Both the position numbers and the translations under genes were made by a program. A stretch of DNA of 64,000 bases from an uncultured delta proteobacterium. Its GTDB lineage: Bacteria > Myxococcota_A > Polyangia > Haliangiales > Haliangiaceae. Numbering within the stretch: position 1 is the stretch's first letter; every line of letters starts with the position of its first letter. The notes under the pieces were generated by a model. It ran no database searches, had not been told where the DNA came from, and saw nothing but the letters and a program-made list of their open reading frames with translations. The stretch spans positions 736,001 to 800,000 of the forward strand of contig CAWKDB010000010.1 in the NCBI GenBank assembly GCA_963848295.1, read 5' to 3'. Shown one piece after another: positions 1 to 9,106 of this stretch.

Positions 1-1
1 G

Positions 2-739
2 ATGCGCTACGGCTCGCCTTCGATCGGCGATGCCCTCGGCAAGCTCGGCGACGTCGATCGCATCGTCGCGCTCCCGCTGTTTCCGCAGTACGCCGACTCG
101 TCGTACGAGACCGCGATGGTGCGGATCCGCGAGCTGGCTAGCAAAGCCGCGCTCGCCGCGCCGATTGATCCGGTCGCGCCGTTTTACGCCGATCCGAGTT
201 TTCTCGACGCGTTCGCCAAGGTCGCCGCCCCTGCCCTCGCCGCCGCCCAGCCCGACCACGTGCTGATGTCGTTCCACGGCCTGCCCGAGCGCCATATCTT
301 GCGCTGCGATCCGAGCGGCGCGCACTGCTTGAAGGCGGCCGACTGCTGCGACCTGGCCCAGCTCGCGAACCAACCGCCCACGTGCTACCGCGCGCAGTGC
401 TTCTCGACCGCCCGCGCGCTCGCCGACCGGCTCGCGATCACCGAGTACACCGTGTGCTTCCAGTCGCGCTTGGGGCGCACGCCGTGGATCAAGCCGCACA
501 CCGACGTGCTGCTCGATGCGCTCGCCGCTCGAGGCGTGAAGCGGCTCGCGGTGATGTGTCCCGCGTTCGTCGCGGATTGCCTCGAGACGCTCGAAGAGAT
601 CGGCATCCGGGCCCGCGACCAGTTCCGCGCGGCCGGCGGCGACGAGCTCGTGCTCGTGCCGTCGCTCAACGCCTCGCCCGCGTGGGTCGACGCGGTGTGC
701 GGCCTCGCTACGCGTCAGCTGGTATCGTCCGGCGCATGA
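2..739 (+). CDS. hemH: Ferrochelatase, 5'-truncated by window edge
   Basis: Motifs MRYGSPSI, LPLFPQY, MSFHGLP, FQSRLG, WIKP, FVADCLETLEEI. Confidence 0.95.
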   Translation: MRYGSPSIGDALGKLGDVDRIVALPLFPQYADSSYETAMVRIRELASKAALAAPIDPVAPFYADPSFLDAFAKVAAPALAAAQPDHVLMSFHGLPERHILRCDPSGAHCLKAADCCDLAQLANQPPTCYRAQCFSTARALADRLAITEYTVCFQSRLGRTPWIKPHTDVLLDALAARGVKRLAVMCPAFVADCLETLEEIGIRARDQFRAAGGDELVLVPSLNASPAWVDAVCGLATRQLVSSGA

Positions 740-1871
740 CCGCGCTGCGCGACGTCTACGGAGATTTGCTCATCGTGAGGCCCCCTGTGCCCGCGACGTG
801 CAACAAGGCGGGCGCGAACTATAAGAGCGAGGTCGCGCACCTCGAGTACTCGCCGCGCCGCGCCTACGACGAGTGGTTGTCGATCCTCGACGCGATCACC
901 GCCTGCGGCGGCGACGCGATCTATCAGTTCGAACCGGCCGATGATCGGTACCTCGGGCACGCGGCGCTCGAGGTCGACGGCGATGGCGCGATTCGCCCAG
1001 CCGGCTCGCGCGAGGTGCTGGGCAACATGGCCGACGTCATGACCGGTCGGGTGTTCGCCGCGAACGGCCCGTGGGTCACGTGCGATGGCAAGACGCTCGC
1101 CGCGGTGATGCCGAACATGCTGGACCACCGCCGCCCGGAGGCCGCGTACTACCGCGCGCTGCTCGGCGAGCTCGCGAGCGCGGGCGGGCTCGCGCTCGAG
1201 GTCGCCGACAACCCGCACCGCTGGGAAGGCATGGCCGACGTCGCGGCGGTCGGCGATCGCGTCGTGCTGACCTACGCGGTGCCCGGCCACTACGACCGGG
1301 GCATCGAGCCGAAGAGCTCCCGGTCGTCGTACGACGGCGTCGCGTTCGCGGCCGATCGCGCCGGCGTCGCGGCGGACGCGCGGATCTACGCCGAGCTCGT
1401 CTATCCACACTTTCACGGCGACACCGTGCACTTCGGTGCGCGGCCGACCAACGGCCCGCCGGTGCTCGTTCATTACGCCGCGGGACTCTACGACGGTTAC
1501 GCGGAGCGAGTCGCCGCCGCGCTGCCGGATCGTCCCGATCGGACGCGACGATGCGGTCGAGCAATACGCCGGGAATTCGCGCCAGGTCCGAGCGGGCGTG
1601 CTCGTGCCCGACGGCGTATCGGCCGCGTTCGTCGGCGACGCTCGAACGGCTCGGGCTCGCGATCCATCGCGTGCCGTTGTTCGAGCTGTTCGGCAAGGCG
1701 GGTGGCGGCCCGGCGTGCGCGACGCTGTATCTGCCGCGGAGCCTCGACGTCCCGGCCAACCTCCCGGTCCGCTACTCCGCGAGCCGCGATCAGGTGCGAG
1801 CCCGTCGCGAGCGGATCCCCGCTGCGTTACGAGTCGATCGCGCGTTCTTCGCGGGCAAGCACCGCGGCTGA
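736..1871 (+). CDS. Amidinotransferase/DDAH (pentein) family protein, interrupted by two apparent +1 indels (~1529, ~1634)
   Basis: ATGA overlap with hemH stop. Motifs VFAANG, WEGMAD, HFHGDT, YAGNS, ELFGKAGGGPACATL lie in three consecutive frames. Confidence 0.7.
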
Positions 1872-2041
1872 GCCGGATCGTCGTCGGGAGTCGAGGCAAA
1901 CGCCGCGGCACGGTGCGACAGACCGGACGTCGCGGTGTAACGGGACGATCGCGGTACGCGATAAGTTGCCGCAAGAACTAGAAATCAGGTCAGCTAGCGG
2001 ATAAAAGCGAGCGAGCAACCCTCGCTACGACCGGAGATTCT

Positions 2042-3478
2042 ATGAATCGCGATCGCGCTTGTCTTAGCAGAACCACCCTTGTCGCCGCGCTCGTTGCAGG
2101 CGGCATCGCCGCGACGGCCACCGGGGCCCACGCCAACGTCGAGATCGGCGGAACCGCGGGTATTCACATCTTCAGCTCGGTCAACGAGCTGGGTGTGCCC
2201 GACGAGCCGGGCGCTCCGTCGGAGCGCGACTCGGCGTTGTTCGGCCTGCGCATCGGCTACATGTTCAACGACTCGCTGGGGATCGAAGGCGAGATCGGCC
2301 TCATCCCGACCGAGTCGACCTCGCTGGTGTTCGACGTGTGGGATCTCGCGTATCGCGCGCACCTCATCTACCAGTTCCGGGCCGCGGACCCGAGCAACCG
2401 GCTCATCCCATTTGTCCTCGGCGGCGGCGGTGCGATGTCGATCGTGTCGAGCGCGAACACCAACGTGCTCGCGAAAGACACCGATGCGGAGCTCTACGCC
2501 GGCATCGGCATCAAGTATCGCGTCGACAACGGCTGGGGTCTGCGCGTCGACGCGCGCCTGCTGTTCCCGCCGAGCTCGAAGAACGACTTCGTGACGACCG
2601 ACGGCGAGTTCCTGCTGTCGATCTATCGCGAATGGGGTCGCAAGGAAGCGGCCAAGCCGGTCGCGAAGGGTCCGTTGGATTCGGACGGCGACGGGATTCC
2701 GGACGACAAAGACAAGTGCCCGAAGGAGCCCGAGGACAAAGACGGCTTCCAGGACGAAGACGGTTGCCCGGACCCGGACAACGACGGCGACGGCATCCCG
2801 GACGCGAAGGACAAGTGCCCGAACGAGCCCGAGGACAAAGACGGCTTCCAGGACGAAGACGGCTGCCCCGATCCCGATAACGACGGTGACGGCATCCCCG
2901 ACGCCGCGGACAAGTGCCCGAACGAGCCCGAGGACAAGGACGGCTTCCAAGACGAAGACGGCTGCCCGGACCCGGACAACGATGGCGACGGCATCCCGGA
3001 TACCCAGGACAAGTGCCCGAACGAGCCGGAGACCAAGAACGGCTATCAGGACGAGGACGGCTGCCCGGACGAGATTCCGCAGAAGCTGAAGCAGTTCACC
3101 GGCGTCATCCAGGGCATCAACTTCGCGTTGGGCTCGGACCAGATCCTCGCGTCGTCGAATCGGCTGCTCAACAAGGCCGTCGATGTGCTCAAGGAGTTCA
3201 AGGACCTCAAGCTCGAGATCCAGGGCCACACCGACGACCAGCCGATCGGCAAGGGCGGCAAGTTCGCTGACAACGCGGCGCTGTCGCAAGCGCGCGCCGA
3301 GTCGGTCAAGAAGTACTTCGTCGCCAAAGGCATCGACGAGAACCGACTGATCGCGAAGGGCATGGGCGACACCGTCCCGCTCGAGGATCCGAAGGGCCTG
3401 ACCGGCGCCAAGCTCAACGCAGCGCGGACCAAGAACCGGCGCGTCGAGTTCCGGCTGATCGGCGGCACGACGAAGTAA
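2042..3478 (+). CDS. OmpA family outer membrane protein with beta-barrel and thrombospondin type-3 repeats
   Basis: Signal peptide; DxDGDGIPDxxDKCP repeats; C-terminal IQGHTD, LSQARA, NRRVEF; GGAG upstream. Confidence 0.92.
   Translation: MNRDRACLSRTTLVAALVAGGIAATATGAHANVEIGGTAGIHIFSSVNELGVPDEPGAPSERDSALFGLRIGYMFNDSLGIEGEIGLIPTESTSLVFDVWDLAYRAHLIYQFRAADPSNRLIPFVLGGGGAMSIVSSANTNVLAKDTDAELYAGIGIKYRVDNGWGLRVDARLLFPPSSKNDFVTTDGEFLLSIYREWGRKEAAKPVAKGPLDSDGDGIPDDKDKCPKEPEDKDGFQDEDGCPDPDNDGDGIPDAKDKCPNEPEDKDGFQDEDGCPDPDNDGDGIPDAADKCPNEPEDKDGFQDEDGCPDPDNDGDGIPDTQDKCPNEPETKNGYQDEDGCPDEIPQKLKQFTGVIQGINFALGSDQILASSNRLLNKAVDVLKEFKDLKLEIQGHTDDQPIGKGGKFADNAALSQARAESVKKYFVAKGIDENRLIAKGMGDTVPLEDPKGLTGAKLNAARTKNRRVEFRLIGGTTK
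2678..3072 (+). repeat. About 4 tandem 99-bp coding repeats (33-aa TSP3 Ca-binding units)
   Basis: Repeated DNDGDGIPDAKDKCPNEPEDKDGFQDEDGCPDP. Confidence 0.9.
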
Positions 3479-3497
3479 TTCGCCTCGCTGTGACGGC

Positions 3498-3528
3498 AAA
3501 GGCCCTCTTCCGGAGGGCCTTTTGTTTT
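3498..3528 (+). terminator. Rho-independent terminator after the ompA-family gene
   Basis: aaaggccctc-ttccg-gagggccttt followed by tgtttt. Confidence 0.85.
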
Positions 3529-3532
3529 CGGG

Positions 3533-3570
3533 ATCAGAGATCGAGATCTCTGATTTCTGATTTCTGATTT
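3533..3570. repeat. Hairpin plus heptamer tandem repeat (TCTGATT x3)
   Basis: atcagagatc-ga-gatctctgat; TCTGATT at 3549, 3556, 3563. Confidence 0.75.
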
Positions 3571-3587
3571 CCGCGCTATCAGAAGCG

Positions 3588-3845
3588 GTGCTCGCTCCCG
3601 ACCTTCTAGCCGTCTTGGTCTGCCCGACATCCAAGGCGCCGCTCATCTACTTTCCACGCGGCGCCCACGACCAGAGCGAGGCCGATGGCTTCTTGGTCTG
3701 CGCGACGTCCCGGCTGCGCTATCGCATCGATGACGGCGTCCCCGTCCTGATCGCGGAAGAGGCTGAATTACTAGGCGTGGACGAGTGTAGCCGGCTCATC
3801 CGGCGCGCTCACGAGCTCGGCTTGACTGTGCCGCCGGGCCCGTGA
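3588..3845 (+). CDS. Trm112-like (UPF0434) protein
   Basis: LLAVLVCPTSKAPL ... LVC ... YRIDDGVPVLIAEEA. Confidence 0.85.
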   Translation: MLAPDLLAVLVCPTSKAPLIYFPRGAHDQSEADGFLVCATSRLRYRIDDGVPVLIAEEAELLGVDECSRLIRRAHELGLTVPPGP

Positions 3846-3935
3846 ACGGGGCCTCTCGCTCTAAGGACTCGGCCGTCCTCGGTTCGCCGGACGGCCGATC
3901 GATCTGGTGAGCTCGGGGCGAACGGTCGTAAACCA

Positions 3936-3964
3936 TTGACGCCAGCCGCCATCGGCGGTAGATC
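3936..3964 (+). promoter_or_regulatory. Putative sigma70 promoter of the prs operon
   Basis: TTGACG-17 nt-TAGATC, 26 nt before the GTG of prs. Confidence 0.55.
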
Positions 3965-3990
3965 GCCGGTTCCTTACGGGAACTTCCGCC

Positions 3991-4938
3991 GTGCTGAAGT
4001 CGCTGTCTATCTTCACGGGCAACGCGAATCGCGCACTGGCAGACGAGATCTGCAAGTTCGTGGAGATTCCGCTCGGCCGCGCGGACGTCACGCACTTCTC
4101 GGATGGCGAGATCTATGTCGAGGTCGCGGAGAATGTCCGCGGCGTCAACTGCTTCGTCGTCCAGCCGACCTGCTCGCCGCCGAATCAGGCGCTGATGGAG
4201 CTGCTGATCATGACCGACGCGTTGAAGCGCGCGTCGGCCGGCTCGATCGTCGCGATCGTGCCGTATTTCGGTTACGCGCGGCAGGATCGCAAAGCGAAGC
4301 CGCGGACCCCGATCACCGCGAAGCTGGTCGCAAATCTGATCACCGCCGCCGGCGCCGATCGCGCGCTCGCGATGGATCTCCACGCCGGCCAGATCCAAGG
4401 CTTCTTCGACATCCCGTTCGACCACTTGTTCGCGATGCCGGTGCTGATCGAAGAGCTACGCACGCTCGGCTTCGGCGGCGACGGCTGCGTGATCGTCTCG
4501 CCCGATGCCGGCGGCGTCGAGCGCGCCCGCGCGTTCTCGAAGCGGCTCGGGGCGAGCCTCGCGATCATCGACAAGCGGCGTCCCGCGCCGAACGTGTCCG
4601 AGGTGATGAACATCGTCGGCGACGTCCGGGGCAAGAAGGCGGTCATCGTCGACGACATCATCGACACCGCCGGCACGCTGACCCACGCCGCGGTCGCGAT
4701 CATGAACGCCGGCGCGCAGAGCGTCTCGGCGTGCTCGAGCCACCCAGTGTTCTCGGGCAATGCGGTGCAGCGCATCACCGATTCTCCGCTCCAGCACGTG
4801 ATCGTGACGAACACGATCCCGTTGACTGAAGCGGGTCAGCAGTGTTCGAAGGTCCGGGTCAAGAGCGTCGGGCGGTTGCTCGGCGAAGCGATCAAGCGAA
4901 TCCATCACGGGGATTCGATCAGCAGCCTGTTCGTCTAG
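3991..4938 (+). CDS. prs: Ribose-phosphate pyrophosphokinase
   Basis: [45 protein letters not shown]. Confidence 0.98.
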   Translation: MLKSLSIFTGNANRALADEICKFVEIPLGRADVTHFSDGEIYVEVAENVRGVNCFVVQPTCSPPNQALMELLIMTDALKRASAGSIVAIVPYFGYARQDRKAKPRTPITAKLVANLITAAGADRALAMDLHAGQIQGFFDIPFDHLFAMPVLIEELRTLGFGGDGCVIVSPDAGGVERARAFSKRLGASLAIIDKRRPAPNVSEVMNIVGDVRGKKAVIVDDIIDTAGTLTHAAVAIMNAGAQSVSACSSHPVFSGNAVQRITDSPLQHVIVTNTIPLTEAGQQCSKVRVKSVGRLLGEAIKRIHHGDSISSLFV

Positions 4939-4947
4939 GAGAACGTC

Positions 4948-5718
4948 ATGGAAGTCGGAAAGCTCACGGTCACGATTCGCGATAAGGGCGGTAAGAGCGT
5001 TGCGCGCAACCTACGCGCGGCAGGCAAGATCCCCGGGGTTTGCTACGGCGCGTCGCCGGCCGGCAAGGTCGAGCCGATGCCGATCACGCTCGAGCTCAAG
5101 GCGCTGCGCGCCGCGCTCGATCCGATTCGCAAGCAGAACACCGTCATCGACTTGACGATCGAGGGCAACGGCAAGACGCAACAGCTGCACGCGCTGGTCA
5201 AGGAGTACCAGACCGACCTGATCCGGCGCGACATCACGCACGTCGACCTGCTCGCGATCGATCCGGACAAGATCGTCAACGCGAGCGTGCCGTTCGAGTT
5301 CACCGGCAAGCCGAAGGGCGCGATCGACGGCGGCCAGATCCGCATCGTGATGCGCTCGCTCGAGGTTCGCGCGAAGCCGAATGACATCCCGGTCAAGCTC
5401 GTGATCGACGTCTCGCCGCTCGAGATCGGCGACGTGATCCACGTGTCCGCGGTCGCGTTGCCGAACGGCGTCATCAGCACCACCGGCCGCGATCTCGCGG
5501 TCGTGACCTGTGCGAAGCCGGAAGAAGAGAAGATCGAAGTCGCTGCGGCTCCGGTCGATGGCGCGGCTCCGGCGGCGGGTGCTCCGGCGGCAGGCGCGGC
5601 GGGCGCTCCCGCGGCGGGTGCGGCGGCTCCAGCGGCGGGCGCGAAAGACGCCAAGGCTCCGGCGGCGGGCGCGAAAGACGCCAAGGCCCCGGCGGCCGCG
5701 GCTCCGAAGAAGAAGTAA
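4948..5718 (+). CDS. rplY: 50S ribosomal protein L25/Ctc with Ala/Pro/Lys-rich tail
   Basis: LRAAGKIPGVCYG, HVDL, C-terminal TL5 domain; prs-rplY-pth synteny; AGGAG SD. Confidence 0.95.
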   Translation: MEVGKLTVTIRDKGGKSVARNLRAAGKIPGVCYGASPAGKVEPMPITLELKALRAALDPIRKQNTVIDLTIEGNGKTQQLHALVKEYQTDLIRRDITHVDLLAIDPDKIVNASVPFEFTGKPKGAIDGGQIRIVMRSLEVRAKPNDIPVKLVIDVSPLEIGDVIHVSAVALPNGVISTTGRDLAVVTCAKPEEEKIEVAAAPVDGAAPAAGAPAAGAAGAPAAGAAAPAAGAKDAKAPAAGAKDAKAPAAAAPKKK

Positions 5719-5726
5719 AGGTGTCC

Positions 5727-5765
5727 GATCGTGCACGTGCACGTGGCACGTCCACGTGCACGCGT
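5727..5765. repeat. Palindromic CACGTN hexamer array (REP-like)
   Basis: gatcgtgcacgtgcacgtggcacgtccacgtgcacgcgt between rplY and pth. Confidence 0.7.
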
Positions 5766-5782
5766 AGCGAGCGAGACTGCTC

Positions 5783-6382
5783 GTGACGTGGCTCGTCGTC
5801 GGCCTCGGGAATCCGGGCGCCAAGTACGAGCGCAATCGTCACAACATCGGCTTCCACGTCGTCGACGAGCTCGCCCGCAAGGGCGGGTTCCCGGCGTGGA
5901 AGTCCGGCAAGCTCGGCGGCGACACGACGTCCGGCTCGCTCGCCGGTACGCGCGCCGTGCTGGTCAAGCCCATGGAGTTCATGAACCTCTCGGGGTTCGC
6001 GACCCAGCGCGCCGCGCAGTTCCACTCGATCGAGCTCGCGCACATCGTCGTGGTTCACGACGAGCTCGATCTCGACTTCGGCATCGTCCGACTCAAGCAG
6101 GGCGGCGGCCACGGCGGCCACAACGGGCTGCGCTCGATCATCGAGCAGCTCGGCTCACCCGAGTTCCTGCGCGTGCGCATGGGCATCGGCCGGGACCCGC
6201 ACAAGCCGCCCGGCAGCAAAGACGCGGCCAGCTGGGTGCTGTCTGACTTTCCCGCAAGCCAAGCCAAGGCGTTGTCCGCCGTGATCTCGGCGGGTTGCGA
6301 CGGGGTCGAGGCCATCTTGGCCGACGGCATGACCAAGGCGATGAATCGCCAGAACGCTAGGCCCAATCTGGCGACGCCGTGA
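5783..6382 (+). CDS. pth: Peptidyl-tRNA hydrolase
   Basis: LVVGLGNPG, RHNIGF, KPMEFMNLSG, HDELD, GGHNGLRS. Confidence 0.98.
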   Translation: MTWLVVGLGNPGAKYERNRHNIGFHVVDELARKGGFPAWKSGKLGGDTTSGSLAGTRAVLVKPMEFMNLSGFATQRAAQFHSIELAHIVVVHDELDLDFGIVRLKQGGGHGGHNGLRSIIEQLGSPEFLRVRMGIGRDPHKPPGSKDAASWVLSDFPASQAKALSAVISAGCDGVEAILADGMTKAMNRQNARPNLATP

Positions 6383-6393
6383 TATACGAAGCG

Positions 6394-6443
6394 CCCCTCG
6401 CTCGCCCCTGCCAAGGACGGGCTTAACACCCACGAGGAACACC
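6394..6443 (+). promoter_or_regulatory. Putative S6:S18 ribosomal protein leader
   Basis: cctcg pairs with SD-bearing cgagg; inner gccc/gggc stem; unpaired ACCC 5' of the SD; directly before rpsF. Confidence 0.55.
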
Positions 6444-6992
6444 ATGGCTCGACTGCAGTCACTCCGAGATACGCCGAACACTTCCCGCGAATACGAGACG
6501 ATCTACATCCTGCGCCCGAACACGCCGAACGAAGGCGTCGCCGAGGTCAACACCCGCATCAAGGGCGTGATCGAAGGCATGGGCGGCAAGATCATCAAGG
6601 TCGACAACTGGGGCAAGCGCCGCCTCGCGTACGAAGTCGCGAAGGAGCGCAAAGGCATCTACCTGTACTGGCAGTACCTCGCGCAGCCGGGCGTGGTCGA
6701 AGAGACCGAGCGCAACCTCAAGATGCTCGACAACGTCATCCGGTTCTTGACGATCAAGGTCGACGAGAACGTCGATGTCGCGGCGCGGCCGATCGAGATC
6801 GACGAGACGTCGTTCGACAAGGCAGCGCAGACCGCAGCCGATGAAGAGGACCTGTTCCTGTCCCGCGGCGGCGACGAGTCGTCGAGCGATGACGACGATG
6901 ACGATGACGACGACTACAGCAACTTCCACCACGAGGAGCCGGCGGCAGAGAAGTCTGCGACCGACCTCCCGGTGACCACGGAGAAGGAGTAA
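6444..6992 (+). CDS. rpsF: 30S ribosomal protein S6 with acidic C-terminal tail
   Basis: EYETIYILRP, WGKRRLAYEV, poly-Asp tail. Confidence 0.97.
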   Translation: MARLQSLRDTPNTSREYETIYILRPNTPNEGVAEVNTRIKGVIEGMGGKIIKVDNWGKRRLAYEVAKERKGIYLYWQYLAQPGVVEETERNLKMLDNVIRFLTIKVDENVDVAARPIEIDETSFDKAAQTAADEEDLFLSRGGDESSSDDDDDDDDDYSNFHHEEPAAEKSATDLPVTTEKE

Positions 6993-6995
6993 GCG

Positions 6996-7286
6996 ATGTC
7001 GACCCGCATGGATGCAGGCGATGATGGTCTCGATCGCGATGGCGACGACCGGCGCGGCGGCAAAGGCGCGCGCGGCGCGACTCGGCGCAAGCTGCTGTCG
7101 GACGAGGTCTTCCAGAAGATCGACTACAAGAACCCGCAGATCTTGCGCTCGTTCGTGACCGATCGCGGCAAGATGATTCCGCGCCGGATCAGCGGCGCCT
7201 CGGCGCGCCAGCAGCGCACGATCTCGACGGCCCTGCGCCGCGCGCGCATGCTCGCGTTGCTGCCGTTCTCGGTGACCGGAGACTAG
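6996..7286 (+). CDS. rpsR: 30S ribosomal protein S18 (Cys-free variant)
   Basis: IDYKN, RGKMIPRRISG, RARMLALLPF. Confidence 0.96.
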   Translation: MSTRMDAGDDGLDRDGDDRRGGKGARGATRRKLLSDEVFQKIDYKNPQILRSFVTDRGKMIPRRISGASARQQRTISTALRRARMLALLPFSVTGD

Positions 7287-7288
7287 TC

Positions 7289-7744
7289 ATGGCGATGCAG
7301 ATCATTCTCACGCAAGACGTCGATAACCTCGGCAAGGCCGGCGAGCTCGTCTCGGTCCGCCCCGGTTACGGTCGCAACTACCTCGTGCCCCGCGGCTTCG
7401 CGGTCTCGGCGACGGTGCGCAACAAGAACCGCCTCGACCACGAGAAGGCGCTGATCGAGCGCAAGGTCGCCAAGGAGCGCGCGAGCGCCACCGAGATCGC
7501 GACTCGGATCAACGGCATGACGCTGCAGTTCGAGCGCGTGGTCGGCGAAGACGAGAAGCTGTTCGGCTCGGTGACCAGCCGCGACATCGCGGATCAGCTG
7601 AAGCGCGCGAATGTCGACATCGACCATCGCCTGATCCAGCTCGATCATCCGGTGAAGGCGCTCGGCAAGTACGAGGTCGGCGTCCGGCTCGCCGCGGGCG
7701 TCATCGCGAACCTCAAGTACTGGGTCGTAGGTAAAGACAAGTAG
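7289..7744 (+). CDS. rplI: 50S ribosomal protein L9
   Basis: LGKAGELVSVRPGYGRNYLVP, KLFGSVTSRDIA. Confidence 0.98.
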   Translation: MAMQIILTQDVDNLGKAGELVSVRPGYGRNYLVPRGFAVSATVRNKNRLDHEKALIERKVAKERASATEIATRINGMTLQFERVVGEDEKLFGSVTSRDIADQLKRANVDIDHRLIQLDHPVKALGKYEVGVRLAAGVIANLKYWVVGKDK

Positions 7745-7818
7745 GCCCTCCGGCCGGGCCGCCTCCCGGGCCCCATCTCGCCGACTCGCAATGGTCCCGG
7801 CGCACGACGCGCACTCTT

Positions 7819-7862
7819 GATCGTGCACGTCGACGTGTCACGTGCACGTTCACGTCCACGAT
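7819..7862. repeat. Second palindromic CACGTN hexamer array
   Basis: gatcgtgcacgtcgacgtgtcacgtgcacgttcacgtccacgat; first 12 nt identical to the 5727 array. Confidence 0.7.
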
Positions 7863-7885
7863 TGCTCGAGCCGCGCTCGCGCGAA

Positions 7886-8108
7886 CGCTGAGCGCGGCTG
7901 CCTTGCGAGGGCGCCACGGACCCGCTCGTGCGACGGCGCTGGCCGTGGAGGTTCCGGCGTCTTCGCGGGCCGACGCCGCTGCGCGGCGATCGCGCTGGCG
8001 CGCGAGTAGGTGTTTGACAAAGATCTTCGCGTCTCATCGCGCGCCTGCACTCGCTCTCCGTGGCATCCCTCGCGGCGACGCCGCGCTCAGCGACGAGATC
8101 GCGAACCG
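7886..8108 (+). repeat. Structured ~210-bp repeat, copy A (MITE/ncRNA-like)
   Basis: Terminal IR cgctgagcgcggc (7886) / gccgcgctcagcg (ends 8092), nested stems; similar to reverse complement of 8881-9106. Confidence 0.85.
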
Positions 8109-8133
8109 TGCGCGTGCTCGTGCTCTGTCAGAC

Positions 8134-8739
8134 CTACGGGCTTGCCGGTGATGTGCTTGCTGCAAGGCAGCGCGCGATCGCCGCGTCGTGCGCGAACACG
8201 GTGTCATGAAACCCCGCGTCGGTATCGCGGACCTGGGAGTCGAGCTCGTTGACCGTTGCGCAATCGCCGTTGCGTGCGGCCTCGGCGGCGATCTTCGTGA
8301 GACTCGCCGCCCGTTCTTGCGCGCGCAGACGACCCAGCTCGCGTTGCTCGATCTGCTGTTTCTGTTCGCGAAGCTGGCGTATCGCCTCGGCGGCTATTCG
8401 TTCAGCGCGCTTCGCGTTGCGGCACTGGTGGACGTTGTACGCACCGCAGATCGCCGACGCGATGTAGACCGCGTCGCTCACGAGAAACGCCACCGAGACC
8501 TCGTAGGCGAAATCAAACGTCCCGGTTTCCGATCGTGCCTTCGCGCCAGCGTCCAGTAGCTCTCCGGAATAGAGCGACGCGACGCCAGCACCGACCGCGT
8601 CGATCGCAACCAACGCATAGTCGTCCCTACAGCTGATCGAGCCCCCGTCGACCGCAGAACGACTCGGCGGTCCGCGGACGCCGATGAACGAACACGCGCA
8701 GAGGCACAGCGACACGAACGCGAGGCTGCTATTCGCCAC
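8134..8739 (-). CDS. Hypothetical lipoprotein/membrane protein between the two repeats (ORF open to 8829)
   Basis: Lipobox-like LCLCAC, two hydrophobic segments, coiled coil, Cys-pair C-terminus; start codon uncertain. Confidence 0.65.
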   Translation of the reverse strand: MANSSLAFVSLCLCACSFIGVRGPPSRSAVDGGSISCRDDYALVAIDAVGAGVASLYSGELLDAGAKARSETGTFDFAYEVSVAFLVSDAVYIASAICGAYNVHQCRNAKRAERIAAEAIRQLREQKQQIEQRELGRLRAQERAASLTKIAAEAARNGDCATVNELDSQVRDTDAGFHDTVFAHDAAIARCLAASTSPASP

Positions 8740-8848
8740 TGAGCCGGACCGCCTCGATGTCGCGAGCCAACGTTTCACGTCCTGTTCGCGCCTCCCCAGC
8801 TTGTTAGCGTAGCGCGCCAGTCGCTGCACCGACGTGACCCACGCGACA

Positions 8849-8884
8849 TCGCCGTACCACTCGCCGTACCACTCGCCTTACCGC
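8849..8884. repeat. 12-bp tandem repeat x3
   Basis: tcgccgtaccac tcgccgtaccac tcgccttaccgc. Confidence 0.8.
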
Positions 8885-9106
8885 TCGCGGTCACATCGCT
8901 GAGCGCGGCGTTGCCGCGAGGGACAGCCCCGGAGAGCGAGGGCAGGCGCGCGACGAGACGCTAGGCCACGCGGTCAACACTCCAACTCGCGCGCCAGCGC
9001 GATCGCCGCGCAGCGGCGACGCCCCGCGAAGGCGCCGGAACCTCCACCGTCAGCGCCGTCGCCCGAGCGGGTCCGGGGCGCCCTCGCAAGGCAGCCGCGC
9101 GAAGCC
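8881..9106 (-). repeat. Structured ~210-bp repeat, copy B, inverted relative to A; terminal 22-mer duplicated at 9123-9144
   Basis: Reverse complement aligns with copy A except for a central ~20-nt loop; ccctcgcaaggcagccgcgcga at 9081 and 9123. Confidence 0.85.

Noticed and set aside
2678..3072. Regular 99-bp repeats as a possible CRISPR array
   Set aside because: In-frame TSP3 coding repeats with no unique spacers and no cas genes
3846..3990. Possible tRNA-Gln upstream of prs, as in many Proteobacteria
   Set aside because: No cloverleaf or T-loop consensus; only a GC hairpin (~3869-3898) and a promoter-like motif
5540..5715. GCTCCGGCGGCGGG-type repeats at the end of rplY
   Set aside because: Low-complexity Ala/Pro/Lys tail common on L25/Ctc proteins
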